A stretch of DNA of 63,395 nucleotides, counting the filler, from an uncultured Myxococcia bacterium (GTDB lineage: Bacteria; CAZTWC01), in NCBI GenBank assembly GCA_964617105.1. It is 15 parts of 15 records of this genome, joined end to end, with 100 filler letters (N's around TTAATTAATTAA, not from the genome) between each part and the next. Parts side by side here need not be neighbours in the genome. Positions count along the whole stretch, not along the records: positions 29,992 to 34,108 come from CAZTWC010000322.1; positions 34,209 to 38,320 come from CAZTWC010000323.1; positions 38,421 to 42,531 come from CAZTWC010000324.1; 12 more parts are not named here. One strand, 5' to 3'. Position numbers and translations under genes: made by a program. This document shows positions 30,804 through 39,994 of the stretch, in pieces; within the stretch, counting starts at the first letter, position 1, and each line of letters begins with the position of its first letter. The notes under the pieces are model-generated. The model was not told the DNA's origin and ran no database searches. It saw nothing but the letters and a program-made list of their open reading frames with translations.

Positions 30804-31313
30804 TCACTTGCTAGCCTCCGCTTTCACAGCCTTCTCCGCCTGCCTGCTATTGTATTCCTCAAGAAGATCGGTCGCCCACTCGGCTGGTGTGCTGACCTGT
30901 ATCTCCACTCCCTCCCTCACATCCCGGGTTGCCTTCAGGCACTTCAAATTCTTCTGCAGCAGATGATCATGAGCGGCGGCTAATTCCAAATTGTTATCCC
31001 GGCAGGCAGAAACCCACTTGGCAAAATAGACTGCCGACATCAATGCCTGCATCCTGTCGGTGGACTCGTTTAAATCGAAATCATCATCGATTGCCTCCAG
31101 GGCACTGATCATCAGCGCCTGTTCTTCATCGTTGGTTATATCCAGAGTATCAGGCAACTCCTGCCACCACTTAGGTTTGCCAATCAGTTCTGGATTTCGG
31201 ACCTTGCTATGTTGCCAGCACAGGTCGCTATCTTTCATTGCTGGATTTGGACAGGATTTACCTGAATAAGTCACCGCCGAACATCTTTTTGCTGTTTCAC
31301 TAAACTTGACCAT
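30804..31313 (-). CDS. Hypothetical protein with N-terminal CCCH zinc knuckle (possible small terminase-like)
   Basis: CSAVTYSGKSCPNPAMKDSDLCWQH; AGGAGG RBS; paralog at 47582-48094. Confidence 0.7.
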   Translation of the reverse strand: MVKFSETAKRCSAVTYSGKSCPNPAMKDSDLCWQHSKVRNPELIGKPKWWQELPDTLDITNDEEQALMISALEAIDDDFDLNESTDRMQALMSAVYFAKWVSACRDNNLELAAAHDHLLQKNLKCLKATRDVREGVEIQVSTPAEWATDLLEEYNSRQAEKAVKAEASK

Positions 31314-31383
31314 CTAGTGTTCCTCCTTGGTAAGAAAAGATTGAGCCTCCCGGGCAGGAGGGGCTCGCCACCATCACTTCGTC

Positions 31384-31633
31384 CTATTTTTCCTCTTTAG
31401 ACCGCTCTCTGAACTCTTTCACAATTGCTGCCACCCTCNNNNNNNNNNATTTGAGCCAGGCTGAGTCCCTGAGAGTCGTGTAAATGACCGATATCATTTA
31501 TTCGCTCCTCCCGTTTTTCAGAAACTCTGGTTGGGACATATATTTGCATCCCCTCCAAGCCCTGGTCCTGTAGTTCTTTAATCTGCTCCGAACTAAGATA
31601 CTTCGATGCCTTGGCAAAAGTAATCCTACTCAT
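31384..31633 (-). CDS. Small Mor/CD3324-like HTH regulator spanning a mis-sized 10-N gap
   Basis: KELQ...IYVP...GLSLAQ; after the gap RVAAIVKEFRER in another frame matches paralog RVAEVLRQYRER. Confidence 0.65.
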
Positions 31634-32088
31634 GATTTACCCCCCTGATTGACTTTGGTTTTATGGACGATGGCTTTATGGGTTATGACTTTATGGGTGA
31701 TGACTTTATGGATGACTTTATTCCTGGGCAATGTCTGGCGCAGGTCCTGGATGAATTTTTGTTCATCGTCCCGACTGTTACTATCAGATTCGTAGTGAGC
31801 GCACTTTTCCATCTGCCGGCTGAGCAAGGTGTGGAAGAAATAACTCCTTTGGCTGCCACCTGGGGTTTTCCACTGTCCCCCGGCGCAGCGAACTTTCCGG
31901 GTATAGGATTCCCCGGTGGTGTTATACTGGTTGAACACTTTGCAGTGCTGACAGGTGGCGCAGTAAATTTTATTTTTGCTATCGCTACCGCTTGTGCTCT
32001 TGCTATTGCTTTCACTATTGTTCTTGTTCTCTCTCTTATTCTTGCGCACACTCTTGCTCACACTCTTATTATTGCTCTTGGGTTCCAT
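31630..32088 (-). CDS. Cys/His-containing hypothetical protein with tandem-repeat tails
   Basis: CATCQHC...RC...C; HKVIT repeats; ATGA overlap with next gene. Confidence 0.65.
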   Translation of the reverse strand: MEPKSNNKSVSKSVRKNKRENKNNSESNSKSTSGSDSKNKIYCATCQHCKVFNQYNTTGESYTRKVRCAGGQWKTPGGSQRSYFFHTLLSRQMEKCAHYESDSNSRDDEQKFIQDLRQTLPRNKVIHKVITHKVITHKAIVHKTKVNQGGKS

Positions 32089-32112
32089 AATTTTTACCTC
32101 GTTTTTTCATTA

Positions 32113-32417
32113 GGGGCCAAGTTAGGGGCCAAGTACAGGATCTTCTATACTGAATCTATGTACTTTTTTTTTGACCTTAAAAAAAGTTTTTATGTCTATT
32201 TCAATTTTATATGTGTAACTTGGCCCCTATCTTATGTTTAACGACAAAATGCAATAAAAACTAATAGTTGCCAGGGGCCAAGTTAGGGGCCAAGTGGGGC
32301 CAAGCGGGGCCAAGTTAATTACACTTTTAACAATATCTCCAAACAAATTCACCCATGGAGCAAGGAAATCGGGGGCCAAGTTGTCAATTTTAAGGTCACT
32401 TGGCCCCTCTTGGCCCC
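32113..32417. repeat. Iteron-like cluster, probable replication origin
   Basis: 10 copies of GGGGCCAAG: forward at 32113, 32125, 32274, 32286, 32296, 32306, 32372; reverse at 32219, 32399, 32409; AT-rich spacers. Confidence 0.85.
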
Positions 32418-32481
32418 ATGTTTTCAACCATCTTAGCCCCTCTTTATTTTCTTCCCCCATTACTTCTATTACTTTCATTTA

Positions 32482-34108
32482 TTACTTTACCTTAGTAATT
32501 TCATTGTCTTTGTTAGCGAAATAGTTCCGGATCCAACGATTTCTATCCTCGTTTTCTTTGGGCAACCGGACGGGGGTTTTGACCCAAATCTTATGTTTTC
32601 TGTTGCCGATTTTTATCCTGCCGGCACCTCCAGTTAATAAGGTGTAGCCCATTAAACTCAAAATCTGGTTCACCTTACTGGTATGGATATTCATTTTGTA
32701 ATCACCAAAATCATCATTCAAAAGGTCTTGAAGCACTGTGGCCGATACAAGATAGCCATCAACGTATATTTGCTCCGGATCCCCGATTATGTCTTCAATG
32801 GCTTCTTGTTCGGGAGTTTTTGACATGGCAATTGCTTCCAGTTTTCCTGCTGTATCCTGTGGCAATTTATTAGGGTTAAAATCGTCACTAATTTGGTAAT
32901 CGAGAAAGAATTGCCTGATGGCAGCAGGACTCTCTTCAATGGCTTTATAGAAATTGTCGAAGTAGTCGGGATACTCGTTTTCAAAAAGTAAAATCTGGTC
33001 CCTGGTCAGCCACTTGGTTTTCAGAAAGCAATACCGCCGATCTCCTTCTGTTAAAGCCAGGGCCCCCATGTAGTTGGTGGTCATAATGTAGTTTGCCGTA
33101 TTAGGTACTACGTATGGATCAATGCCTTTGGGATGAATGGGTATTTTGTCATTGGTGATAAAAGGCTTAAGTTTATCCATAAGTTGGTGTCTATTCTGGC
33201 CGCTAAAATGGATCTCTTCGACAAATTTAACCAACCCGCCTTTTGCCCAGCCGGTGAAATTGCTCTCCAGAATATTGCCATCAATTATTTCAACATTCAT
33301 ATCACCAATGATCTTTTCTAAAAGCATTGCGATGGAGGTCTTGCCATCACCTTCCGCTCCCCGAATTACAGTTGACCATTTGATTTTTTTATCGGGGTGT
33401 TGAACAATCCAGGCAATGATATCTAAAAGAATTTTTTGGTCCTTTGGATTATCAAATAAGTGTTCAAAATGCCCGGTGATAATTCTGATATTTTTTTGGT
33501 CAGTTTCTGTCCAACGATTTTTTGGCTTTGCCTTTGGATGGCTATCTGGGCTGTAGGAGTTGATACAATCATATCCCATAAACTCCAAAAAAAGAGGTTT
33601 GCCGGGCATATAAAGGATGTTATCAAGCACTTTTAGTTTCAAATAGTCTAATACAAACCGTTCTGCCGTAAGACTTCGATTACTGTTGCCCTCAATATCA
33701 ATGTCTATATCAGTATCGACATCAGTGTCTGCGTTTATTATTTTCCGATTAAAGGCGGCATTAAAAGACTGACGGCTGTAAAACTTTTTGGTCTTGATAT
33801 TGAAAAACTTGTCGTAGTGGGCGATATAGACCCACTCCCAGGCCCAGGCGAATTTATGGGAGACCGCAGTCGCCGCTGTTGCTGCTGTTGCTGCCGCCAT
33901 TACTGCTTTTCCTTTTGGCCTCAACTGTTTTTTAAGATCTGGTAAGGATATTAGATGATCGGTGAGTTTCTTGAACCTCTGTTTGATCATTCCAGCAAGG
34001 TAATTCCGGTCTTCTTTTGCGAGAATATCGGTTGGGCATTTGGCGATTATCTTTGGGATTGATTTCCGTAATATGTGGGGGTCAGTGCACTCCTGGATTA
34101 ATCTCTCA
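32482..34108 (-). CDS. Phage/satellite primase-helicase, SF3 (DUF5906/D5-like), 5'-partial
   Basis: GAEGDGKTS Walker A, FVEEI Walker B, IMTTN motif C, GDRRY; frame is open up to the contig edge. Confidence 0.85.
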
Positions 34109-34293
34109 NNNNNNNNNNNNNNNNNNNNNNNNNNNNNNNNNNNNNNNNNNNNTTAATTAATTAANNNNNNNNNNNNNNNNNNNNNNNNNNNNNNNNNNNN
34201 NNNNNNNNTTGTCCTCAGTGCGAAAACACCACTTAATCTTTTCGCCAATCAGGTCTAAGCCTTGATCCTGATGGGTGACCGACCCCAGATTTT

Positions 34294-35037
34294 TCATTGA
34301 TCCTGGCCGTTATGTTCTAATTGCTGTACCCCCCACTTCTTCACAAACTTGTCGGAAGGGGTTATTGCGAGATGAATGTCCTGCGATACATCTTGCGGCA
34401 TGATGGAAATATGGGCTTCAAAATTCTTCGGAGAGGGGAAGTCGGAATATTGATCTTGGTTAACACCTAGAGCAAACTGATCTCCGTATTTCAATATCAA
34501 CCCTTTCAGTCTCGCCCGATTGCTGTGGAAAGCCCTGAAGTAGGTCCTTGAAACCGGATCGTAGTTAAAGACTACGAAATCAAATTCCACTCCGGTATTG
34601 GAAAGTTCCCTATGCAGAAGTAATACTAGAGCATCCTTGTTTACCATTGATACCCTGAACGAAATATTAATAGGCTCCGCGAAACCTCCGCCCCAGTAGA
34701 TATTAACTATGGGCCCTACTACAGTTCTCCTGTCCCCGTTCGGCGTTTCAGGGTTCTTCAGAGAGGTATCCGATCGTATGACATTGCCCCCGATATCAAG
34801 ATAATTTACATGGCCCACCGTCTCCTGTCCGCTTATCTGAAAATTAAATGCCTGGTCCACGCTACAAATATAACTCCCATCAGCGTTGGGCGGCGGGTCC
34901 AAAGAAAGTTCCTCATCCCCGGTTGTGTCGGGTGCCTCATGATAGTGTGTTTGGGTATCTGATCCGCATCCTGTGATGAGGCAAAAGAGAGACATAACAG
35001 AAACCATCCAGATTGCAATGAGAGTCCTGATCGTCAT
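34294..35037 (-). CDS. Lipoprotein with beta-rich domain of unknown function
   Basis: GGAAGGAG RBS; hydrophobic N-terminus ending ITGC lipobox. Confidence 0.75.
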   Translation of the reverse strand: MTIRTLIAIWMVSVMSLFCLITGCGSDTQTHYHEAPDTTGDEELSLDPPPNADGSYICSVDQAFNFQISGQETVGHVNYLDIGGNVIRSDTSLKNPETPNGDRRTVVGPIVNIYWGGGFAEPINISFRVSMVNKDALVLLLHRELSNTGVEFDFVVFNYDPVSRTYFRAFHSNRARLKGLILKYGDQFALGVNQDQYSDFPSPKNFEAHISIMPQDVSQDIHLAITPSDKFVKKWGVQQLEHNGQDQ

Positions 35038-35327
35038 ATTTGGGCTCCTTCCTGAGCTGAATTTATTCCCCTGGATTATTGTGAAAACCCTTAGGCTGGT
35101 CATATCTAGAGAATCGGCATGTTGAGGAATAGGAAATTCAAAGGCTATATTGAAAATATTTTGTCATTATAGCGGATTATTTTCAACCGGAAATTTACCG
35201 TTGTTAGAAGATGAATAACATATAATGGCAGTCTGAGGGAGATTGATAGAAAATATCCAGATTTTAGGCGCAGAATTACGGTCATCCCGTTTAACATGAA
35301 AATTTTTAATGGTGAAGTGACGGGGAG

Positions 35328-36330
35328 TTGATCCTGTTATCCAAAAGGATAAATTGGTGTTTTACCCGGGGCTTCAGTTCCAATTCTCCGGAGTTACTGC
35401 GTCTTTATCGTGAGAATATCGCCCTTAAGGCTCAGGTCCGTGCTCTTGGCCTAGAACTGCAGCCATTTATCGGTAAGAAAGGCAGACTTGCCTTAAAAAC
35501 TAGGGCGGCCCAGGTGTTTGCCTATCTTCTTAATCGAGGGTTCCATGACAGAATATTTGAGAAATATTACCAATCCGCCAGCCGGAAAACAATAAAGCGC
35601 TGGCTGTACCGATTGAAGAAAGGGCCCTGGTATAAGAAGGAGAAGCGGAGAAAAGGAAGGGGAGGACGAAATGCCACTCCCCAGGTGGTGGTGGATCTTG
35701 TAATCAGATTCAAAAAAGAGAATGGGATTTGGGGAGCACCCCGTATACAAGATGAATTGGCAAAGTTAGGTATCAAATTATGCCAGCCGACTATCCAAAA
35801 GATATTGAGAGAACATGGCCTGGACCATCGGCCCAAAAATAACGGTCCCTTTGATTTTGCTAGATATCGTTCGAAGGCCAAAAATATGATGTGGGCGCTG
35901 GACTTCTTTGTGGTGAAAACTTTAAAAGGAATTCAGTTAAATGTGCTTTTGCTGATCGATCTTTACACCAGGGAGTTAATAGGATTGAAGGCCGATGATG
36001 GTATGACAACGGATTCCGGCTGGACTATGAGTATAATGAATTCCTGCATATATAATCTGAAGAGGCAACCTAAAATTGTAATCCACGACTATGGAACTCA
36101 GTTTGAAGGCCAGTTCAAACGTCAGTTGAGAGTGCTTGGTATAGAAAGACGGCGAACGCCGCAGTTGGCTCCCCAAAGGATTTGATTATACATTTGGCCA
36201 GGACCAAAATCCAGTTAAAAGTTTTCCTCTATTTTTCTCTAACGATTATTCAGTTTGCAAAGAACGTTTGGCCGCAAAGACGGTCAGTTTTTCACACTTG
36301 GTGGTGTTTCATTTGCCCTTGGCAAGTACA
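35328..36330. mobile_element. Decayed integrase-core (IS3/IS481-related) element: truncated transposase 35328-36185 (+) and right end
   Basis: ENGIWGAPRIQDELAKLGI, WALDFF, IHDYGTQF; stops before the catalytic Glu; terminus CTTGGCAAGTACA at 36318-36330. Confidence 0.75.
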
Positions 36331-36796
36331 CATCGTTGTAGATACTCCCGGCCAAGTTGAGGAGGGTTGCCCAGGCTTCCTGGGCAGGGCCGGGGATATC
36401 ATTCAGGAAGCGGTCAGCAATCCGGCTACCACAATGCGGCGTTCCAACCGTGGTCAGTGAGTTGACCTTATCTGCGTAACCAAGACCCTTCACTGAGTCC
36501 CTGTCTCCGGTGGTGTTGTTCGATATCAGAAGCCGGCAGTCCAGTCCTCCCATGGAGTGGGCGATCAGGTTGAGTTTGACTGGGTGTCCATGGCTACCTC
36601 TGGTTTTTTTCCGGATAATGTCAACTTGCTTGGCCAACTGGTTTGCCCTGGTCTGCAGATCAGCGTAAGGGGTGGTCTCAACCTCGTAGACTTCGAATCC
36701 ATGATTTTCCAGATACTTTTTGACACCATTAAAATAAAAAGTAGAATAGGTATTAAACCTAAATCTGTTTGTTGGTGACCTCTTTTTTGCCATCAT
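36331..36796 (-). pseudogene. Lipase paralog fragment interrupted by the element end
   Basis: Near-identical to 12955-13848 protein (HGFEVYEVETTPYADLQTRANQLA, AHSMGGLDCRLLISNNTTG); homology ends at GSIYND; no catalytic Asp/His. Confidence 0.85.
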
Positions 36797-36832
36797 TTAC
36801 CTCTTTTCCTAAATAATCCAGCCCTTAGAACA

Positions 36833-36874
36833 AGAGGGTGGCATCGGTCAAATGACCGATTGCCATGAGCCTCT
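36833..36874. other. Intergenic hairpin between divergent genes
   Basis: ATCGGTCA-AA-TGACCGAT core extended by TGGC/GCCA and AGAGG/CCTCT. Confidence 0.5.
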
Positions 36875-36959
36875 ATTTTAGTATACAATTCATTTTAAAT
36901 ATAAACGAAATCAATTAAGGTTTACCTGGTCTATCACAACTACTATTGGAGGTTGATCA

Positions 36960-38174
36960 ATGAAAATTGCCAAAACACTATCTTTACCCATCTTACTCTC
37001 TTTAATCTTTTTTTCCTCAACTGCATTCGCCCTGGAAAGGGTAGAATTAGAAAAGGCTATTGCCCGTAATGCTCAAATAGAAACTATTGACGCCACTGCA
37101 GTTGTGGATGCGATGATCAAATTTACCCAAAAATCCCTGAAAAAGGGCGAACGGGTGCATTTCCCCGGATTTGGAACTTTTAAAGCGGCACAAAGTATTG
37201 AATTTCATCCGGGCAAAGAGTTAACCCAGATTCTTTTTCCAAGACATGCTTTAAATTTTTGGGCTAATGCTATCATTGATGGATGTATTTATGACGTCCC
37301 CGCCACTGGCACCCATGATTTTGCTACTTTAAAATTCTGGATGGGCGAACTGGACCGGATTATCGATCCTAAAGAACAAATGCTCCTTATCTCTGACTAC
37401 CCGAAAGAGCGCAAATCGATGCAGAATTATCTTAGTAAAAGGTTTGAAGAATCTTTTGTTTACCTGGAAAAAGTGGGCCTCGATAAAGAGCAACAAGCCT
37501 TCTGGCGCCCCTATATCAAGGCTTCCCTGGCGGCTGTGGAAATATTTGCCCAAGAACTCCACGGTGAAATTAACCCGGATGGAACTGAGAGGAAAGCACA
37601 ACTCATTGATTCTATTGCCAAAGACGCTAACCTGACCAAAGTTGAAATGAATAAAGCACAACTTATTGATGCCATTGCCAAAGACGCTGACCTGACCAAA
37701 GCACAGGCCAAAAAAGCACTTGATTCTTTCGTGAAAACCACCACTGGCTCCCTGAAAAAAGGCGATAGGGTGCAAATTCCTGGATTTGGAACTTTCTCAC
37801 CAGCCAAAAGAGCTGCGGAGAGAAAAAGGAATCCCCAGACTGGTGAACAGATCAAAATAAAGACCAAAAAAGTTGTTAGGTTTAAAGCAGGTTCCGAACT
37901 TGCTAGCACGATAAAAATGGCCACTGGTGAATTACTTGGTCATGAACTCACTCATGTCTGCCAACAGCGACTAGCAGTTTGCCTCGAACGGACCGGAGCA
38001 GAGGCTTACGCCAGCGGAAATGATGTCGCCTTCAAGAGTAATCCAGATTTGCACACAGTCGCTCATGAAGCTGCTCATGTAGTACAGCAGCGGTCGACCA
38101 CTACTACTGGCCGCAGTAAGGCTAAAAAATGGGGCCGCGGTATGTATAACAAAGCAAAGGGCTATGCAAGGTAG
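36960..38174 (+). CDS. Signal-peptide protein with two HU/IHF domains and DUF4157-like HExxH segments
   Basis: Sec signal ending [29 protein letters not shown]...PGFGTF...[11 protein letters not shown]...[20 protein letters not shown] and [11 protein letters not shown]. Confidence 0.85.
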   Translation: MKIAKTLSLPILLSLIFFSSTAFALERVELEKAIARNAQIETIDATAVVDAMIKFTQKSLKKGERVHFPGFGTFKAAQSIEFHPGKELTQILFPRHALNFWANAIIDGCIYDVPATGTHDFATLKFWMGELDRIIDPKEQMLLISDYPKERKSMQNYLSKRFEESFVYLEKVGLDKEQQAFWRPYIKASLAAVEIFAQELHGEINPDGTERKAQLIDSIAKDANLTKVEMNKAQLIDAIAKDADLTKAQAKKALDSFVKTTTGSLKKGDRVQIPGFGTFSPAKRAAERKRNPQTGEQIKIKTKKVVRFKAGSELASTIKMATGELLGHELTHVCQQRLAVCLERTGAEAYASGNDVAFKSNPDLHTVAHEAAHVVQQRSTTTTGRSKAKKWGRGMYNKAKGYAR

Positions 38175-38424
38175 TAGAAATGCTAAAATCGATTTTGATT
38201 TTCTCCTGTTCTCATTTAAAAATTCATTTGGTTATTTTTGATTTAATAGCTTCAAATGCCTTGACCTTTTCGAGTGGTGTCTCGGCTTTATTTAAAGCTG
38301 TGCGGGCATAACGTTCTGCCNNNNNNNNNNNNNNNNNNNNNNNNNNNNNNNNNNNNNNNNNNNNTTAATTAATTAANNNNNNNNNNNNNNNNNNNNNNNN
38401 NNNNNNNNNNNNNNNNNNNNTATG

Positions 38425-38611
38425 TTTTCAGGCCTGATAGACAACCCGGGTGCCCTGGGGCGGAGCGAAGCCTGCCAAATTTTTACGATATAATCTCTCG
38501 GAGCGCGATAGCGCTACGAGCTGACAATAGATCTTAAAAAATTTATTCAGCCTGCAGCGGAGAACCAGCGCACCCGGGTTGGCCTCGAGGTTGAAATTTG
38601 CCACATGTCGA
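38425..38611. repeat. Palindromic dispersed repeat, long allele
   Basis: CAACCCGGGTGC/GCACCCGGGTTG arms; matches reverse complement of 54991-55067 apart from an 80-bp indel. Confidence 0.85.
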
Positions 38612-38730
38612 AAGCCTCCTGTGTAAAAAATATTGACAGTCTATCCATAATTTGTTAAAAATTTAATGATTAAATAAAAATGATCCATTTCCAAATTTTT
38701 ATGGACCATAAATTTATAGGGGACAAAACT

Positions 38731-39870
38731 ATGACCAAGGGAAAGTTCTTTTTTTATCTATTCCTGCTAATGATCATCCTCCTTATAGCGATATCGGGTT
38801 GTAAAAAAGAACCCATCGAAAAAGTTTGGGAGTTCCGCACCCAGGCTGCAACTTACTCCACCCCTTTGGTCACAAAAGATTTCGTTATTTTTGGTAACGA
38901 AGCCGGATACTTATATGCCATTATGAAAAAAGATGGGAAATATCAGTGGCGCTTTTCAACTTACAAAGAGATTATTGCCGCCCCCAAGCTAGGTAGAGAC
39001 TTGATCCTCTTCGGCAGCACTAATTACCTCTTCTACGCTATTGACATGGCAGGAAGAGAAGTATGGAAATATACCACCAAGGCCAGAATTAAATCTGACC
39101 CTCTGGTGGTAAAAGACACGGTTATTTTTACCAGTTATGACGGACATGTGTATGCTGTAAAAATAAAAGATAAAGAACCGGTATGGATTTTCCCGCCTCT
39201 TAAGGGCTCTAAAGTAAAAGAAACCGAAAAAGGCAAAGGAGAAGTGGCGAAAAAACCGGCTATCATAAAAACCGGTGAATTCTCTTATTCAGCTCCCTGT
39301 GAAGGAGAAGGCACCATTTTTGTTGGCAACCTCGATAACCATCTATATGCTATCAACTTCAGCGATGGCACTCTAAAGTGGAAATTTGCCGCCAAAGATG
39401 GCATTACTTCCTCACCTCTCTATCACAAGGGAACGGTGTATGTTGGTGCTAATGACAAAAATATATACGCTATAAATGCCAAAGACGGTTCAATTAAATG
39501 GAAATTTGAGACAGGTAACTGGATCCACTCTTCTCCAAAAATATACAAGGACACTCTATATATTGGTGGATATGATCGCAATCTCTATGCTATCGACATC
39601 GCAACCGGCAAGGAGAAATGGAAGTTTCAAGCCCAGGGTCCAATTATATCTTATCCGGTTTTTTATAAAAACCTGGTCATTTTTAGCGGCGGTCAGAATG
39701 ACTACCATATATATGCGGTGGACATAGATACCCACAAAGTATTTTGGAAGTATAAAACCGAATACAAAATTGAATCTGACCCAACCTTAGACGGTGATAT
39801 GCTCTATATCACCTCTGGCGACCGGAAAATCTATGCTTTTAAGATTAAAAAGACCAAGGCTGACAAGTAA
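38731..39870 (+). CDS. PQQ-like beta-propeller (BamB-like) lipoprotein
   Basis: ISGC lipobox; repeated SSP...LYAI...G..KWKF blades. Confidence 0.9.
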   Translation: MTKGKFFFYLFLLMIILLIAISGCKKEPIEKVWEFRTQAATYSTPLVTKDFVIFGNEAGYLYAIMKKDGKYQWRFSTYKEIIAAPKLGRDLILFGSTNYLFYAIDMAGREVWKYTTKARIKSDPLVVKDTVIFTSYDGHVYAVKIKDKEPVWIFPPLKGSKVKETEKGKGEVAKKPAIIKTGEFSYSAPCEGEGTIFVGNLDNHLYAINFSDGTLKWKFAAKDGITSSPLYHKGTVYVGANDKNIYAINAKDGSIKWKFETGNWIHSSPKIYKDTLYIGGYDRNLYAIDIATGKEKWKFQAQGPIISYPVFYKNLVIFSGGQNDYHIYAVDIDTHKVFWKYKTEYKIESDPTLDGDMLYITSGDRKIYAFKIKKTKADK

Positions 39871-39894
39871 AGTTCAAATAAACCAAATTTATTC

Positions 39895-39931
39895 AAAAAG
39901 GGAGTGGATGAAACATCTGCTCCCTTTTTTT
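39895..39931. terminator. Bidirectional intrinsic terminator
   Basis: AAAAAGGGAGTGGATG-AAA-CATCTGCTCCCTTTTTTT between convergent genes. Confidence 0.85.
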
Positions 39932-39994
39932 ATCTAAAACAGGGTCTGGTTATATCTGCAACTTTTATATATTGGGTTGAAACTTAAGGGAGCT

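Noticed and set aside
29998-30807. Long antisense ORF conserved with 46755-47594
   Set aside because: Shadow of the AbrB-doc genes; conservation follows from the sense strand
31397-31448. Apparent frameshift in the small HTH gene
   Set aside because: Caused by a 10-N gap of wrong size; paralog shows the right frame
32113-32417. Possible CRISPR array
   Set aside because: Repeats are only 9-12 bp, irregularly spaced, in both orientations; no cas genes
32227-32524. Small ORFs on both strands with LAP/GAK repeats
   Set aside because: Translation of the GGGGCCAAG repeat cluster
37593-37701. Diversity-generating retroelement template/variable pair
   Set aside because: In-frame tandem copies, differences not adenine-specific, and no reverse transcriptase in the window
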